Shown one piece after another: positions 1 through 8,533 of a DNA stretch of 64,000 bases. This DNA is from Longimicrobiales bacterium. Its GTDB lineage: Bacteria > Gemmatimonadota > Gemmatimonadetes > Longimicrobiales > Gaopeijiaceae. The translations under genes and the position numbers were made by a program. The DNA lies in assembly GCA_965116905.1 (NCBI GenBank), contig OZ220732.1, positions 2,560,001 through 2,624,000 on the forward strand, given 5' to 3'. Below the pieces are notes generated by a model that was not told the DNA's origin, did not search any database, and saw only the letters and a list, made by a program, of their open reading frames with translations. How positions within the stretch are numbered: position 1 is the stretch's first letter; each line of letters opens with the position of its first letter.

Positions 1-815
1 CCGCTCCCCCCGATGGCCCGAGTCACCGTCTGCGTTTGGAGCGAGGTGAAGCCGGTCGCGCGATCGGGCACCGCGCGGGGCACCTCGTCCCGAACCACGT
101 TGATCACGCCGCCGAGTGCGTTGCTGCCGTAGAGAATTGCGCTCGGCCCGCGAATCACGTCGATCCGCCGAGCCGATGAAGGGGTGACCGCCGTGGCGTG
201 GTCCGCGCCGCTGTTGACGACGTCACCCACGCGCTGGCCGTCTTCGAGCATGAGGATCCTGTCTCCGCCCAGGCCGCGGATGACCGGCTGGGAAGTGCCC
301 GGCCCCATGCTGGTCACAGCGACCCCCGGAACCGATTCGACTGTCTGGGCAAGGGTTCCTGCCAGATGCCGCTGCAGTTTCTCCCGCGCGAAGACGGCGG
401 ACGGCCGAACCGTCTCGTTCGCGGCCCTGGGACTCAGGACCGCCGTGACGACCACGTCGGGCAGGGGGATGGCGGCCACCTCGAGATCGACAGTGGCCGT
501 CTCTCCCGGCCGGACCTCGACGGAACCCGCCGCGTACCCCAGGCGATCGATCCGGAGCCGATACGATTCGGCGTCCGGCACGGCGATCCGGAACGACCCG
601 TCACCGTGCGTCGTTGCGGTGCCGCCCGTGCTGACGACCTGCACCATCGCGCCCGCGAGAGGCATCCCGCTGTCTGCCGACCGGACGGTGCCCGTTACGT
701 GGTCGATGGAGTCTGCTGCCTGCTGTCCGACGGGTGTGGAGCCCGCCGACGGTGTCGGAACGCCCGCGAGGATCAGCCCGAGAAGGAAAAAGGGGACAGG
801 AAAGGGTGGCGACAT
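1..815 (-). CDS. TonB-dependent receptor, ZnuD-like (N-terminal part only; runs off the window)
   Basis: Manual translation from ATG at 815 (SD GGGAGA upstream): signal peptide MSPPFPVPFFLLGLILAG, CarboxypepD_reg-like domain, then plug motifs PVIRGLGGDRILMLEDGQR..DHA and RIDVIRGPSAILYGSNALGGVINV. Not in the ORF track because its stop is outside the window. Confidence 0.9.
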   Translation of the reverse strand, partial: MSPPFPVPFFLLGLILAGVPTPSAGSTPVGQQAADSIDHVTGTVRSADSGMPLAGAMVQVVSTGGTATTHGDGSFRIAVPDAESYRLRIDRLGYAAGSVEVRPGETATVDLEVAAIPLPDVVVTAVLSPRAANETVRPSAVFAREKLQRHLAGTLAQTVESVPGVAVTSMGPGTSQPVIRGLGGDRILMLEDGQRVGDVVNSGADHATAVTPSSARRIDVIRGPSAILYGSNALGGVINVVRDEVPRAVPDRATGFTSLQTQTVTRAIGGS

Positions 816-901
816 GATGGTCTCCCGTTGGGTGCGCCGTCAGGGGCGCAACCGCGGACAAGTCTTTGGCCGACCGGGGGATCGGCCTGGGGGACTTCTC
901 G

Positions 902-1180
902 TTACAGAGAGACGGAGAGGGGGGGAGCGCGGCTCTGGTGGGGAGAGAAGTGGAGCGCCGCGGGGGCCGGCGCGTGTCCCGCGATCGCCGGAGCCCGAAA
1001 CAGATTCGGGCCGGTGAGACCCGGCGCGTGTGACCCGGTCGTGTAGCTGGGCGTCTTTCCCACCAGGCATACGGAACACTCCGCAGCCGACCCGGCTTCG
1101 TCCTCATGCGAGTGGGAGGCCTCGGCGGTGGAGACGACCAGAAGCGAGAGGGCGGCGGCGATGCCGGTGAGCGAGCGCAT
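902..1180 (-). CDS. DUF2946-like leader peptide (signal sequence, HSHE, CxxC, C-terminal RAPP arrest motif)
   Basis: MRSLTGIAAALSLLVVSTAEASHSHEDEAGSAAECSVC...HQSRAPPLSVSL, directly upstream of the TonB receptor. Alternative start at 1219. Confidence 0.75.
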   Translation of the reverse strand: MRSLTGIAAALSLLVVSTAEASHSHEDEAGSAAECSVCLVGKTPSYTTGSHAPGLTGPNLFRAPAIAGHAPAPAALHFSPHQSRAPPLSVSL

Positions 1181-1222
1181 GCGTCCCCGGATCCGCACTG
1201 GATCAACGCAGTGAATCATCGG

Positions 1223-1244
1223 TAATGATAATGGTTTATCGATA
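1223..1244. promoter_or_regulatory. Putative Fur/Zur-family operator box 1
   Basis: AT-rich pseudo-palindrome TAATGATAATGGTTTATCGATA; aligns with the box at 2239-2260. Confidence 0.7.
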
Positions 1245-1257
1245 ACCGACAAGAGGG

Positions 1258-1629
1258 TCACGTACAAGCCGCACAGCGACCGAAGAGGATCAGCTCGTGG
1301 CTGTCGACCTCGAAGCCGTCGGGCGCCAGCGCCTCGACTTCGTCCGGGCACCGATGGACATCAAACGCCTGATCGCAGGAGAGGCAGAGGAAGTGGTGGT
1401 GATGCGGACGGTCGGCCAACTCGTACCGAATCCCGCCGCCCGGGAGCTCGACTTCCGACAGCCACCCTTCGCGTGTCAGGATCTTCAGGTTCCGGTAGAC
1501 GGTTGCCAACCCGAGTGACGGCACGATCTCCTGGCCGTACTCGAGGACCTGGTCACGCGTGAGAGGGCGCCCGGCGTTCAGGAACACGCGGCGGATCGCC
1601 CGGCGTTGACGAGTGTCTCGTTTCGTCAC
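1258..1629 (-). CDS. Fur-family transcriptional repressor (probable Zur)
   Basis: TRQRRAI..., GLATVYRNLKIL, HHHHFLCLSC and C-terminal CAAC. GTG start overlaps the upstream TGA (GTGA). Confidence 0.9.
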   Translation of the reverse strand: MTKRDTRQRRAIRRVFLNAGRPLTRDQVLEYGQEIVPSLGLATVYRNLKILTREGWLSEVELPGGGIRYELADRPHHHHFLCLSCDQAFDVHRCPDEVEALAPDGFEVDSHELILFGRCAACT

Positions 1630-2150
1630 CACTCGTACGGCGTAATCGACGTGCCAGCCATCTTGAAGGACACCGACCCGTACAGGTTCGTCGTCTCCTC
1701 CACGGTCAGGGTGCCGTGGATCCAGACGGGATCCCAGAAGGAGACGGGCACGCGTTGACCGTTCTCCATACTGACGTAGACCAACTGGTTGGGGGGCGGG
1801 GGCGGGGTGTGCACGCAGGCCCCAACGTACGGGACCAGGAGGAACTCCGAGACCTCGCCGGCCCAATCCTCCAGGGGGATCATGTATCCGGGCACCTTCA
1901 CTCGGCGCCCCGCGACCGACTCGAGTTCCTCGGACATCTCGCCCGTGCGGTAATCCAGCGAGGCCAGCATCTGCCAATCCACCTCGACGGAGTCCGGCGG
2001 GACACCGGCCGCGCGGATCCCCGCTCCATCGCTCGGATCGGCCAACAGGGAGCGGGGGCCCGACGTGAGCACAAGCCAGCTGGCCATGATGACCAGGGCG
2101 AGCTGGAGGTGAGTCCAGGGAAACGGGAACCGGCGGCGCGGCTTTGGCAT
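1626..2150 (-). CDS. DUF3299 family protein (ZrgE-like, zinc-uptake associated)
   Basis: VKVPGYMIPLE...EFLLVPYVGACVHTPPPPPNQLVYV signature; N-terminal hydrophobic segment. Confidence 0.85.
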   Translation of the reverse strand: MPKPRRRFPFPWTHLQLALVIMASWLVLTSGPRSLLADPSDGAGIRAAGVPPDSVEVDWQMLASLDYRTGEMSEELESVAGRRVKVPGYMIPLEDWAGEVSEFLLVPYVGACVHTPPPPPNQLVYVSMENGQRVPVSFWDPVWIHGTLTVEETTNLYGSVSFKMAGTSITPYEW

Positions 2151-2156
2151 TTGGCA

Positions 2157-2206
2157 GGGTCCTTGCCCTTGACGGGGTCCTTGCCCTTGACGGGGTCCTT
2201 GCCCTT
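2157..2206. repeat. 18-bp tandem repeat (about 2.8 copies)
   Basis: GGGTCCTTGCCCTTGACG x2 plus a partial copy; carries the minus-strand AAGGA SD-like motif of the DUF3299 gene. Confidence 0.9.
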
Positions 2207-2238
2207 CGGGGAACCAGGGGAACATAATGAAGGGAACG

Positions 2239-2260
2239 TAATGAGAACATACTATCATTG
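2239..2260. promoter_or_regulatory. Putative Fur/Zur-family operator box 2
   Basis: TAATGAGAACATACTATCATTG between the divergent DUF3299 and DUF2796 genes; same 10-2-10 geometry as box 1. Confidence 0.7.
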
Positions 2261-2266
2261 ACTACC

Positions 2267-2869
2267 ATGACCTACGCCACACTCAATCGACCACAAGTCC
2301 GCTCCCCGTTGATTCGGTGGACGATCCCGTGTCTTCTGCTGTGCGTCGCGTGCGGCGATTCATCCTCTGAGGGTCCGGCTCCTCCCCTGGTCGAGGGCGA
2401 ACGGTTGGGGACGGCCGGGGCCCACGAACACGGTATCGCTCGCCTGGGCCTCGCCGTGGACGGCACCCGCCTCACGGTCGACCTGGCGCTCCCCGCAGAG
2501 TCCGTGTTCGGCTTCGAGCGCGCGCCCCGCTCGGCGGAGGAGCGGGCCACCGCCGCGGAGGCGCTCGACAGACTTCGAACCGGTGGCGCTCGTCTCATCG
2601 CCTTTCCGGACGGGGTGACCTGTGCGCTGGACTCGGCTGAGGTGGAGGCACCCCACCAGGACGAGGGCCACCAGCACGAGGACGAGGGCCAACAGCACGA
2701 GGACGTGCACCTCCTCGCCTCCCTCACCTGTTCCCGTGAGCCCGTCGGACCGGCGAGCCTGAGGTTCGCGGACCTCCTGCCCGGCGTCGCTCAGGTGGAC
2801 CTGACGGTGTTCACCGCGGCAGGAGAGGCGGCCGGTCGCGTCGCGCCCGATGCCTCGTTCCGGTTCTGA
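2267..2869 (+). CDS. zrgA: DUF2796/ZrgA family zinc-binding lipoprotein
   Basis: Lipobox-like LLLCVAC, GAHEHG, LPAESVFGFERAPRS and a His/acidic tract HQDEGHQHEDEGQQHEDVH. Confidence 0.8.
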   Translation: MTYATLNRPQVRSPLIRWTIPCLLLCVACGDSSSEGPAPPLVEGERLGTAGAHEHGIARLGLAVDGTRLTVDLALPAESVFGFERAPRSAEERATAAEALDRLRTGGARLIAFPDGVTCALDSAEVEAPHQDEGHQHEDEGQQHEDVHLLASLTCSREPVGPASLRFADLLPGVAQVDLTVFTAAGEAAGRVAPDASFRF

Positions 2870-2898
2870 GGTGGCGAGCGGGAGGGACTAAAGTCGGC

Positions 2899-3363
2899 TC
2901 ATAACCCACCGGCGCCAACAATCTCGGCGGGCGCCAGCTCTTTCGACCTGAACGGGTCGACCACGCGGACCTCTCCGAACGCATGCCCATGCTGCAGATC
3001 CTCGGTCAACAGGATCGAGCAGCCCAGGGATTGGGCCGCCGCGACAATGACGGCATCCCACCAGGACACGGAATGGCCGTCCTGGATCTGCCAGGCCCGT
3101 TGCAGGATCCTGAGGTCGACCGCCAAGGGTTGCCAAACGGCAAGATCCTGAACGATTTCGCGCGCTTCCGACGGGTCGACGCCGATCCGTGCCTTGGCGG
3201 TCAGGGTCACGTAGAGTTCCTGCAGGACCTGGAAGCTCAGGCGTCCGGTGCGGGAGCGTACAAGGTGGGCGATCCACTCGTCGGCACGAGCCTGCTTGGC
3301 GGGATCGCCACGATCGTGACGGTAGACGAAGACGTTCGTGTCAACGAAGACGAGTGCGGACAT
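2899..3363 (-). CDS. vapC: PIN-domain toxin (VapC family)
   Basis: VFVDTNVFVY, SFQVLQE, SWWDAVIVAAA, LLTEDLQHG. Confidence 0.9.
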   Translation of the reverse strand: MSALVFVDTNVFVYRHDRGDPAKQARADEWIAHLVRSRTGRLSFQVLQELYVTLTAKARIGVDPSEAREIVQDLAVWQPLAVDLRILQRAWQIQDGHSVSWWDAVIVAAAQSLGCSILLTEDLQHGHAFGEVRVVDPFRSKELAPAEIVGAGGL

Positions 3364-3583
3364 ACAGTTCATCCCGGGATGGCCGACGCCCGCCAGGCCA
3401 GTCGATCTTGCGCGGCTTCCTGGCCAAATACCGTTTCATGGCGACCTCGTAGTCGTCCTCGTGGTCCCGCTTCCGTTCCAACAGTTCGCGGATCCACCTG
3501 GAGACGCTCCGATCGTCTTCGGCGGCCCTCACCCTCAGCCAACGGGCGACATCCTCGGGCAATGTGATGGTAATGTTCTTCAC
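3341..3583 (-). CDS. Ribbon-helix-helix (CopG-like) antitoxin
   Basis: MKNITITLPEDVARWLRVRAAEDDRSVSRWI...SRDELY; overlaps the vapC start. Confidence 0.85.
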   Translation of the reverse strand: MKNITITLPEDVARWLRVRAAEDDRSVSRWIRELLERKRDHEDDYEVAMKRYLARKPRKIDWPGGRRPSRDELYVRTRLR

Positions 3584-3613
3584 GGGTCCGTGTTCCCTCT
3601 CCCGTAGCGATGG

Positions 3614-3649
3614 TGACACGATTATCGTGAAACACGGAAACAGTGTCAA
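3614..3649 (-). promoter_or_regulatory. Sigma70 promoter and operator of vapBC
   Basis: Minus strand TTGACA (3649-3644), 17 bp, GATAAT (3626-3621); overlapped by inverted repeats CACG-ATTAT-CGTG and TGACAC...GTGTCA. Confidence 0.75.
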
Positions 3650-3717
3650 ATGATTCGTGCTTGGCGGCGGATTCCTCTAGACTGAACCTCCCGCCCCCCG
3701 AAGGAGCACGAGCCGCC

Positions 3718-4383
3718 ATGACCCGGCCACCGATCCCGATCATCACCGCAACCGCAATCCTCGCGGCTCTCGCCCACTTCCCGGCGCCACCGCCAGCCGC
3801 AGCGCAGTCCGGCAACACGACGATCGAGGCCATTGCGGTCCACCCGCCCGTGGCTGCCCGGTTCCAGTGCTCCGAACACGCGCTCGGTGCCGAGGACCAT
3901 GTGCCCGACGCGCTCGCCGCGGACTGCGTCGTCGTCCGGCGGAACGGTGGACCGGAGGGCAATCTGCTGTCGCTGTACACCGGGGACGGAACGCGCAACG
4001 AGGACTGGCACAGCTGGCGCGAGCCGCTGCTTGCCCCCTTCGCCGGAATCGTGATCGGCATCCAGATCAATTCCGAATCGACGGTCCCGGGCGTGCGTGG
4101 CGAGGGCCGCTCGAGCGCCATCGGGTCCCGACAGTTGGTGGACGGCTCTCCGACGGATGTGCACGTCGCGTACGTTCACGTCCGGGAGGTGATCGTCTCG
4201 GAGGGTGACACGGTGCAGGCCGGCCAGCCGGTCGCCCGAATCGGCAACAACGGGTCTTCGTTTCACCCCCACGTGCACGTCGGCGCATTCCGGGGCGACC
4301 TGATGTCCGAAGATGCGGTGCCGCTTCAGGTCCGGATGGACCTCGAGGCGATGGGGCGGGTGAGGGGGACGGTGGGGGGCTGA
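3718..4383 (+). CDS. Secreted M23 family metallopeptidase
   Basis: Signal peptide; AYVHV..VSEGDTVQAGQPVARIGNNGSSFHPHVH; AAGGAG SD. Confidence 0.8.
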   Translation: MTRPPIPIITATAILAALAHFPAPPPAAAQSGNTTIEAIAVHPPVAARFQCSEHALGAEDHVPDALAADCVVVRRNGGPEGNLLSLYTGDGTRNEDWHSWREPLLAPFAGIVIGIQINSESTVPGVRGEGRSSAIGSRQLVDGSPTDVHVAYVHVREVIVSEGDTVQAGQPVARIGNNGSSFHPHVHVGAFRGDLMSEDAVPLQVRMDLEAMGRVRGTVGG

Positions 4384-4391
4384 GGGTAAGG

Positions 4392-6734
4392 TTGATCCGC
4401 TCCCACGCACTGCTCTCGACTGCCATCGCAGCCGCCGCCCTAGCACTCCCCGCACCGCTCCACGCCAGCTTCCTCCCACAACAGGCCGTGGGCTCGGGCG
4501 CCGCGTACGCCGATTCCGTCGCCCGCAACCTGCACGCTGCGGCCGTGGCGAACTGGCAGCGGCTGGACGAGTCGCTCGCGCACTACGCCGCCCGCATCGA
4601 ACAGCGAATGGCGGCGGCTGTCCGCACCCCCCTGAAGGACCGGGTGGTCTACCAGAGCGAGTCCGCGTTTCGTGTGCTGTGGCGACGCGATGCGGATCCG
4701 GTCACCCAGGTACTGGGGACTCGTACGCGCTACCCGACTCCCTCAGGCAGCGAAGCGAGGAACTTCCGCTGGTTGCGGGACATACCGTTTGACAAGCCGT
4801 TCGATCCAGCGGGCGACCGTCTCCTCTTCGGCCTGGCCAGGGAGGCTCCCGATTCGGGTGAAGCCGGGGCCGCTGCCCGGACCGAAATCCGCAACCTGGG
4901 TGCCGTAGGTCCTGCGGACGAGTTCTGGTTCGCACATCCATTGGCGGACGACGCGGAGGCCGTGTACCGCTTTCGCAGCGGTGACACCCTGACCCTCTCG
5001 CTCCCCGACGGAAGTCGCCTGAGGGCCGTGCAGCTCGATGTGCTGCCCCGGGAGTCGGACCCGCACCTGGTTTCCGGCACGCTCTGGATCGAACCCGGGT
5101 CCGGTGCCCTGGTCCGTGCGGTGTACCGGCTTGCCAGGCCCCTCGACATGATGAGGGAAAGGGAGCCGCAGCCCAATCAGGCCGGTCCGCCTCCCATCCC
5201 GCCCATGCTTAGACCGCTGATCATGAACGTGAGCTACGTTTCTGTCAGCTATGGGCTGTGGGAAGACGAGGTCTGGATGCCGTCGGCCATGCGATTGGAG
5301 GCGGAGATCAGGATGGGGGTTGTGAGGGTCCCCGTCTCCTACGAGATGTCGTATCGAATCGAAGAGGTCGGGGTGGGTCCCGGTGATCCTGCGGGCGTAG
5401 CCGAGGCCTTTATCGAGGGGTCGCTGGCGAGCGCGGACGCCGCATCCTACGCGGTCGTCGATCGGACGGACTCCCGAAGGGGGCCCGCGGGAACGCTGCT
5501 CGTGCCCGACGACCCGGCGGACGCCGAGACGAGCCCCCATCTGCCACCCCCGATCTGGGAAGAAGCCCCGGGATTCCACACGGTCGGCGAGGTGGAATCG
5601 TTCCTGTCGGCGCTGGCCGCGCTCCCCGCGGCCCCGCCCACCGCGGTCTCAGGCCGGTGGAGGCTGGACCTGCCGTGGGCTCGTGAAGGGCTTTTGCGCT
5701 ACAATCGGATCGAGGGACTGTCCGCCGGTGTCCATGGACAGACGGCTTTCGCCCACGGGATCCTGTTGGCCGCCACGGGGCGCATCGGTCTGGCGGACAT
5801 CCGGCCCAGGGCGCGGCTCGAGGTTGAGCGCGCGACGGTGTTGCGCCGTCTGTCGGTGGCGGCGTACCGCGGCTTGCGGGCGACCGATGAGGCCGGAGAC
5901 TACCTCGGTCCCGGCAACTCGGCCCGCGCCCTGTTCCTGGGCCGCGACTACGGGGACTACTACCAGGCCACGGGTGCCGAATTCGCATGGCGTCCCCCGG
6001 CTACCGCCCCGGAGTCGCTTCACTTCCGGCTCTACGGGGAGCGTCAGATGACCGTGGAGACGGAGGCGGCGTTCGCCGTCTTCAGGGCATTCAACGACGA
6101 CTGGAGCTTCCGGTCCAACCCCATTGTGGACGAGATCGAGGAGGCGGGTGCTGAGCTGCGGCTGTCGCCGTGGTGGGGAAGCGATCCGGCGGGTTGCCAG
6201 TTCGGGCTGGGCCTGTACGCTCAGGGCGCAACCTGGCGTCCGTTGCGCAACGATGCGTCTGCGGACGTTCCTGCAGGCGGCGAGGCGCTGACGGGCGACG
6301 CTCGCGACAACTACGTGCGAGCCAGCGCGGTCGCGCGAACGGTCATCCCCGTGTTCGGCGGCACCGGGACAACGTGGCGCTTGGGCGCGGAGGCCGGCGG
6401 CGGAACCACGTGGGGCGCTGCGCCCGTGCAGCGGGAATGGCCGCTGGGCGGCCCCCACACACTGCGCGGCTTCGTTCCCGGAGCCGCGTCAGGGCCGACA
6501 TTCGTGCGAGGCCGGGTGGAGCTGGCCCGGACCGGCAACACGTTGGGCGCCAGCCTCTTCGGCGACGCTGGATGGGCGGGCGACCGGGGGTCTTTCGATT
6601 CAGGCGATGTGCTGTCCGGGGTGGGACTCGGCGTCACCATCCTGGATGGGCTGCTACGGGTCGACCTGGCACGGGCGCTGAACGGACCGGATCCCCGGTA
6701 CCGGTTTCATGTGCACGTGGACGCGATCATGTAG
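4392..6734 (+). CDS. Large outer-membrane protein, C-terminal Omp85/BamA-like beta-barrel
   Basis: Signal peptide; LLRYNRIEGLSAG, TLRGF and SLFGDAGWAG..GVGLGVTILDGLLRVDLARAL; paralog of 44492-46936. Confidence 0.7.
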   Translation: MIRSHALLSTAIAAAALALPAPLHASFLPQQAVGSGAAYADSVARNLHAAAVANWQRLDESLAHYAARIEQRMAAAVRTPLKDRVVYQSESAFRVLWRRDADPVTQVLGTRTRYPTPSGSEARNFRWLRDIPFDKPFDPAGDRLLFGLAREAPDSGEAGAAARTEIRNLGAVGPADEFWFAHPLADDAEAVYRFRSGDTLTLSLPDGSRLRAVQLDVLPRESDPHLVSGTLWIEPGSGALVRAVYRLARPLDMMREREPQPNQAGPPPIPPMLRPLIMNVSYVSVSYGLWEDEVWMPSAMRLEAEIRMGVVRVPVSYEMSYRIEEVGVGPGDPAGVAEAFIEGSLASADAASYAVVDRTDSRRGPAGTLLVPDDPADAETSPHLPPPIWEEAPGFHTVGEVESFLSALAALPAAPPTAVSGRWRLDLPWAREGLLRYNRIEGLSAGVHGQTAFAHGILLAATGRIGLADIRPRARLEVERATVLRRLSVAAYRGLRATDEAGDYLGPGNSARALFLGRDYGDYYQATGAEFAWRPPATAPESLHFRLYGERQMTVETEAAFAVFRAFNDDWSFRSNPIVDEIEEAGAELRLSPWWGSDPAGCQFGLGLYAQGATWRPLRNDASADVPAGGEALTGDARDNYVRASAVARTVIPVFGGTGTTWRLGAEAGGGTTWGAAPVQREWPLGGPHTLRGFVPGAASGPTFVRGRVELARTGNTLGASLFGDAGWAGDRGSFDSGDVLSGVGLGVTILDGLLRVDLARALNGPDPRYRFHVHVDAIM

Positions 6735-6749
6735 TGGACAGCGAGCTGC

Positions 6750-7169
6750 CTATTGCGGAACCGAAGCCTCCACTGATCCGACGGACGTCCTCGGTTCGGG
6801 AATCGGACCACCGTCCTCGCGCAGCGCCTCGAGGTGGAAGACGACCGCCTCGTGGATCAGCTTCTCCGCGGTCTCGTAGGAGCCTGCCGCGGCGACACAT
6901 CCTGGCAGGTCTGGGACATGAGCTGAGTAGCCGGTAGGAGTCCGCTCGATGACGATCGCGTATTTCATGGACCTGCTCCCTTTTTCGAGTCCCGCCTGTC
7001 TGAGGATACTCTTCCAGGTCCCAGGGGCCAAGTCTTTGCTCATCCGGCCCGCGATGGTCACGGTTCCAGGTTTTTCCGGATGCCGATACTGCCGATGGCT
7101 TCCGCGCGTTCGGGCCAGGTACCAGCCGTTCGCGATCAGGAGGCGCATCGCATCTCTGACCTTCGCCAT
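6750..7169 (-). CDS. hicAB: HicA toxin and HicB antitoxin in one reading frame (HicB moiety 6750-6968)
   Basis: HicA GWYLARTRGSHRQYRHP...GTWKSILRQAGL runs without a stop into HicB MKYAIVIERTPTGYSAHVPDLPGCVAAAGSYE. Confidence 0.85.
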   Translation of the reverse strand: MAKVRDAMRLLIANGWYLARTRGSHRQYRHPEKPGTVTIAGRMSKDLAPGTWKSILRQAGLEKGSRSMKYAIVIERTPTGYSAHVPDLPGCVAAAGSYETAEKLIHEAVVFHLEALREDGGPIPEPRTSVGSVEASVPQ

Positions 7170-7295
7170 CGCCTTGGGTCCCCTGGTCAGGAAGGATGAG
7201 CCAAACGGTCCTCCGAGCCGCTGGCCTGCCTTTCGTCCGTCGACAGGGAATGATGGCGGTAGGCGCCGGGCGTCCGAATGGCTTGATGGGACTTT

Positions 7296-8456
7296 TCAAG
7301 AGCCGATCCCGAGTTCCGAGATGTCGTACCAGTCGATGGCCCGCTCGGCGATCCCGTCAGGTCCGGGCGCGCGTTCAACCAGAGCGGCGAAAGTCGCACC
7401 GAAGAGGTCGTAGCCCAGGAGACGATCCCGAATCCTGACTGTCCCGGCGTATTCGGTGCCGACCCAGACGTCAAGGTACGAGTAGAGGTCGCGATCGCGC
7501 GTGGTGCCGACCCACAGGCGGCCCTCGCTGTCGAAGTTGAAGGGGAGACCTCTGAGGAACCACATCTTGGGGTCTTCGCGGTATCCTGCCGCGTACGGCT
7601 CCATGGCCGACCGCGCCACCGAAACGCCGCCGGCCGCTTGCGCCATCGTTCCCGCCAGCCGCGCCAAGCCCTCCAGGTATTCGTCCACATCTCGCTGGTT
7701 GGGCAGTTCCTCGACGTAGGTAGGCGATGCGACGACCGTGGCCGTTGTGTCATCCCTGTGGTCGAAGAACACGAGGAGTTCCTGGCATGCACGAAATACG
7801 TAGCCGCCACGGGGATCCGGCATTCCCAGCATTACCGGACCGCACTCGATGTCGGCTGCTTCCGTGATCCCGGACCGTTCCCACACGACTTCCCCGGATG
7901 CGAGGTCGATCTCCATGTGGGCGGGCCTCAACATGTCCTCGGAGGACCTGGTCGAGAGTGCGGAAAAATCCACGTTCTTGAAGTGGTCGGTTCCGAAAAC
8001 CCGTGTCCCCAACAGCCCGCCGGGCATGAAGGCGCCCGGCATCGATACGGTGGACTCGTAGGTTCCGTCGGTGGAGAAGAAAGTGAGCCGCGCGAGCCTC
8101 AGGTCGACGACTGCGATAGTCCCGTTCGGGCCACGCTCCACGCGCGCCAGCGTCCGGAACTCCCCCGGTCCGTCTCCCTCACTGCCAAACACGCCGACGA
8201 TTGCGCCCGAGCGCTCGCCGCAGTGGACCTGAAACTCGAAGGAGTTGATGACACAGGCGAGATCTTCGGTGACAAGCGCAATGTCGTCGTTGTAGCTCAG
8301 CGGTGCCGGGGACGACGCGACAGGCTCCAGCGCAGTGACGGACTCTTCGCTGGACGGCGCATCACTCGACTGCTGCCAGCATCCGACTGTGGAAGTGGCT
8401 AGACAAGCGAGAGCGGGGGCGAGTCTCGTACGGATTCTGGTTCCTGGCAGGGGTAT
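7296..8456 (-). CDS. 6-bladed beta-propeller (NHL-like) lipoprotein; start codon uncertain
   Basis: FGSEGDGPGEF motif. The frame stays open upstream of the GTG at 8192 through a lipoprotein-like signal (RTRLAPALACLATSTVGC) to TAA at 8499-8501, with no ATG/GTG/TTG in that stretch. Confidence 0.7.
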   Translation of the reverse strand: MPLPGTRIRTRLAPALACLATSTVGCWQQSSDAPSSEESVTALEPVASSPAPLSYNDDIALVTEDLACVINSFEFQVHCGERSGAIVGVFGSEGDGPGEFRTLARVERGPNGTIAVVDLRLARLTFFSTDGTYESTVSMPGAFMPGGLLGTRVFGTDHFKNVDFSALSTRSSEDMLRPAHMEIDLASGEVVWERSGITEAADIECGPVMLGMPDPRGGYVFRACQELLVFFDHRDDTTATVVASPTYVEELPNQRDVDEYLEGLARLAGTMAQAAGGVSVARSAMEPYAAGYREDPKMWFLRGLPFNFDSEGRLWVGTTRDRDLYSYLDVWVGTEYAGTVRIRDRLLGYDLFGATFAALVERAPGPDGIAERAIDWYDISELGIGS

Positions 8457-8484
8457 TGGCCCTGGGCTGGCGAGGGACAGAGAA

Positions 8485-8526
8485 GCCGGATTACTATATT
8501 ATTAGTAGTATCCGGCGGAGTGTCAA
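8485..8526. promoter_or_regulatory. AT-rich inverted repeat with adjacent minus-strand TTGACA
   Basis: GCCGGAT-TACTA-TATTAT-TAGTA-GT-ATCCGGC (8485-8516); TTGACA at 8526-8521. Confidence 0.55.
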
Positions 8527-8533
8527 ACGCCCC

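Noticed and set aside
184..1046. + strand ORFs 184-1017 and 198-1046
   Set aside because: Opposite-strand shadows of the TonB receptor and its leader ORF.
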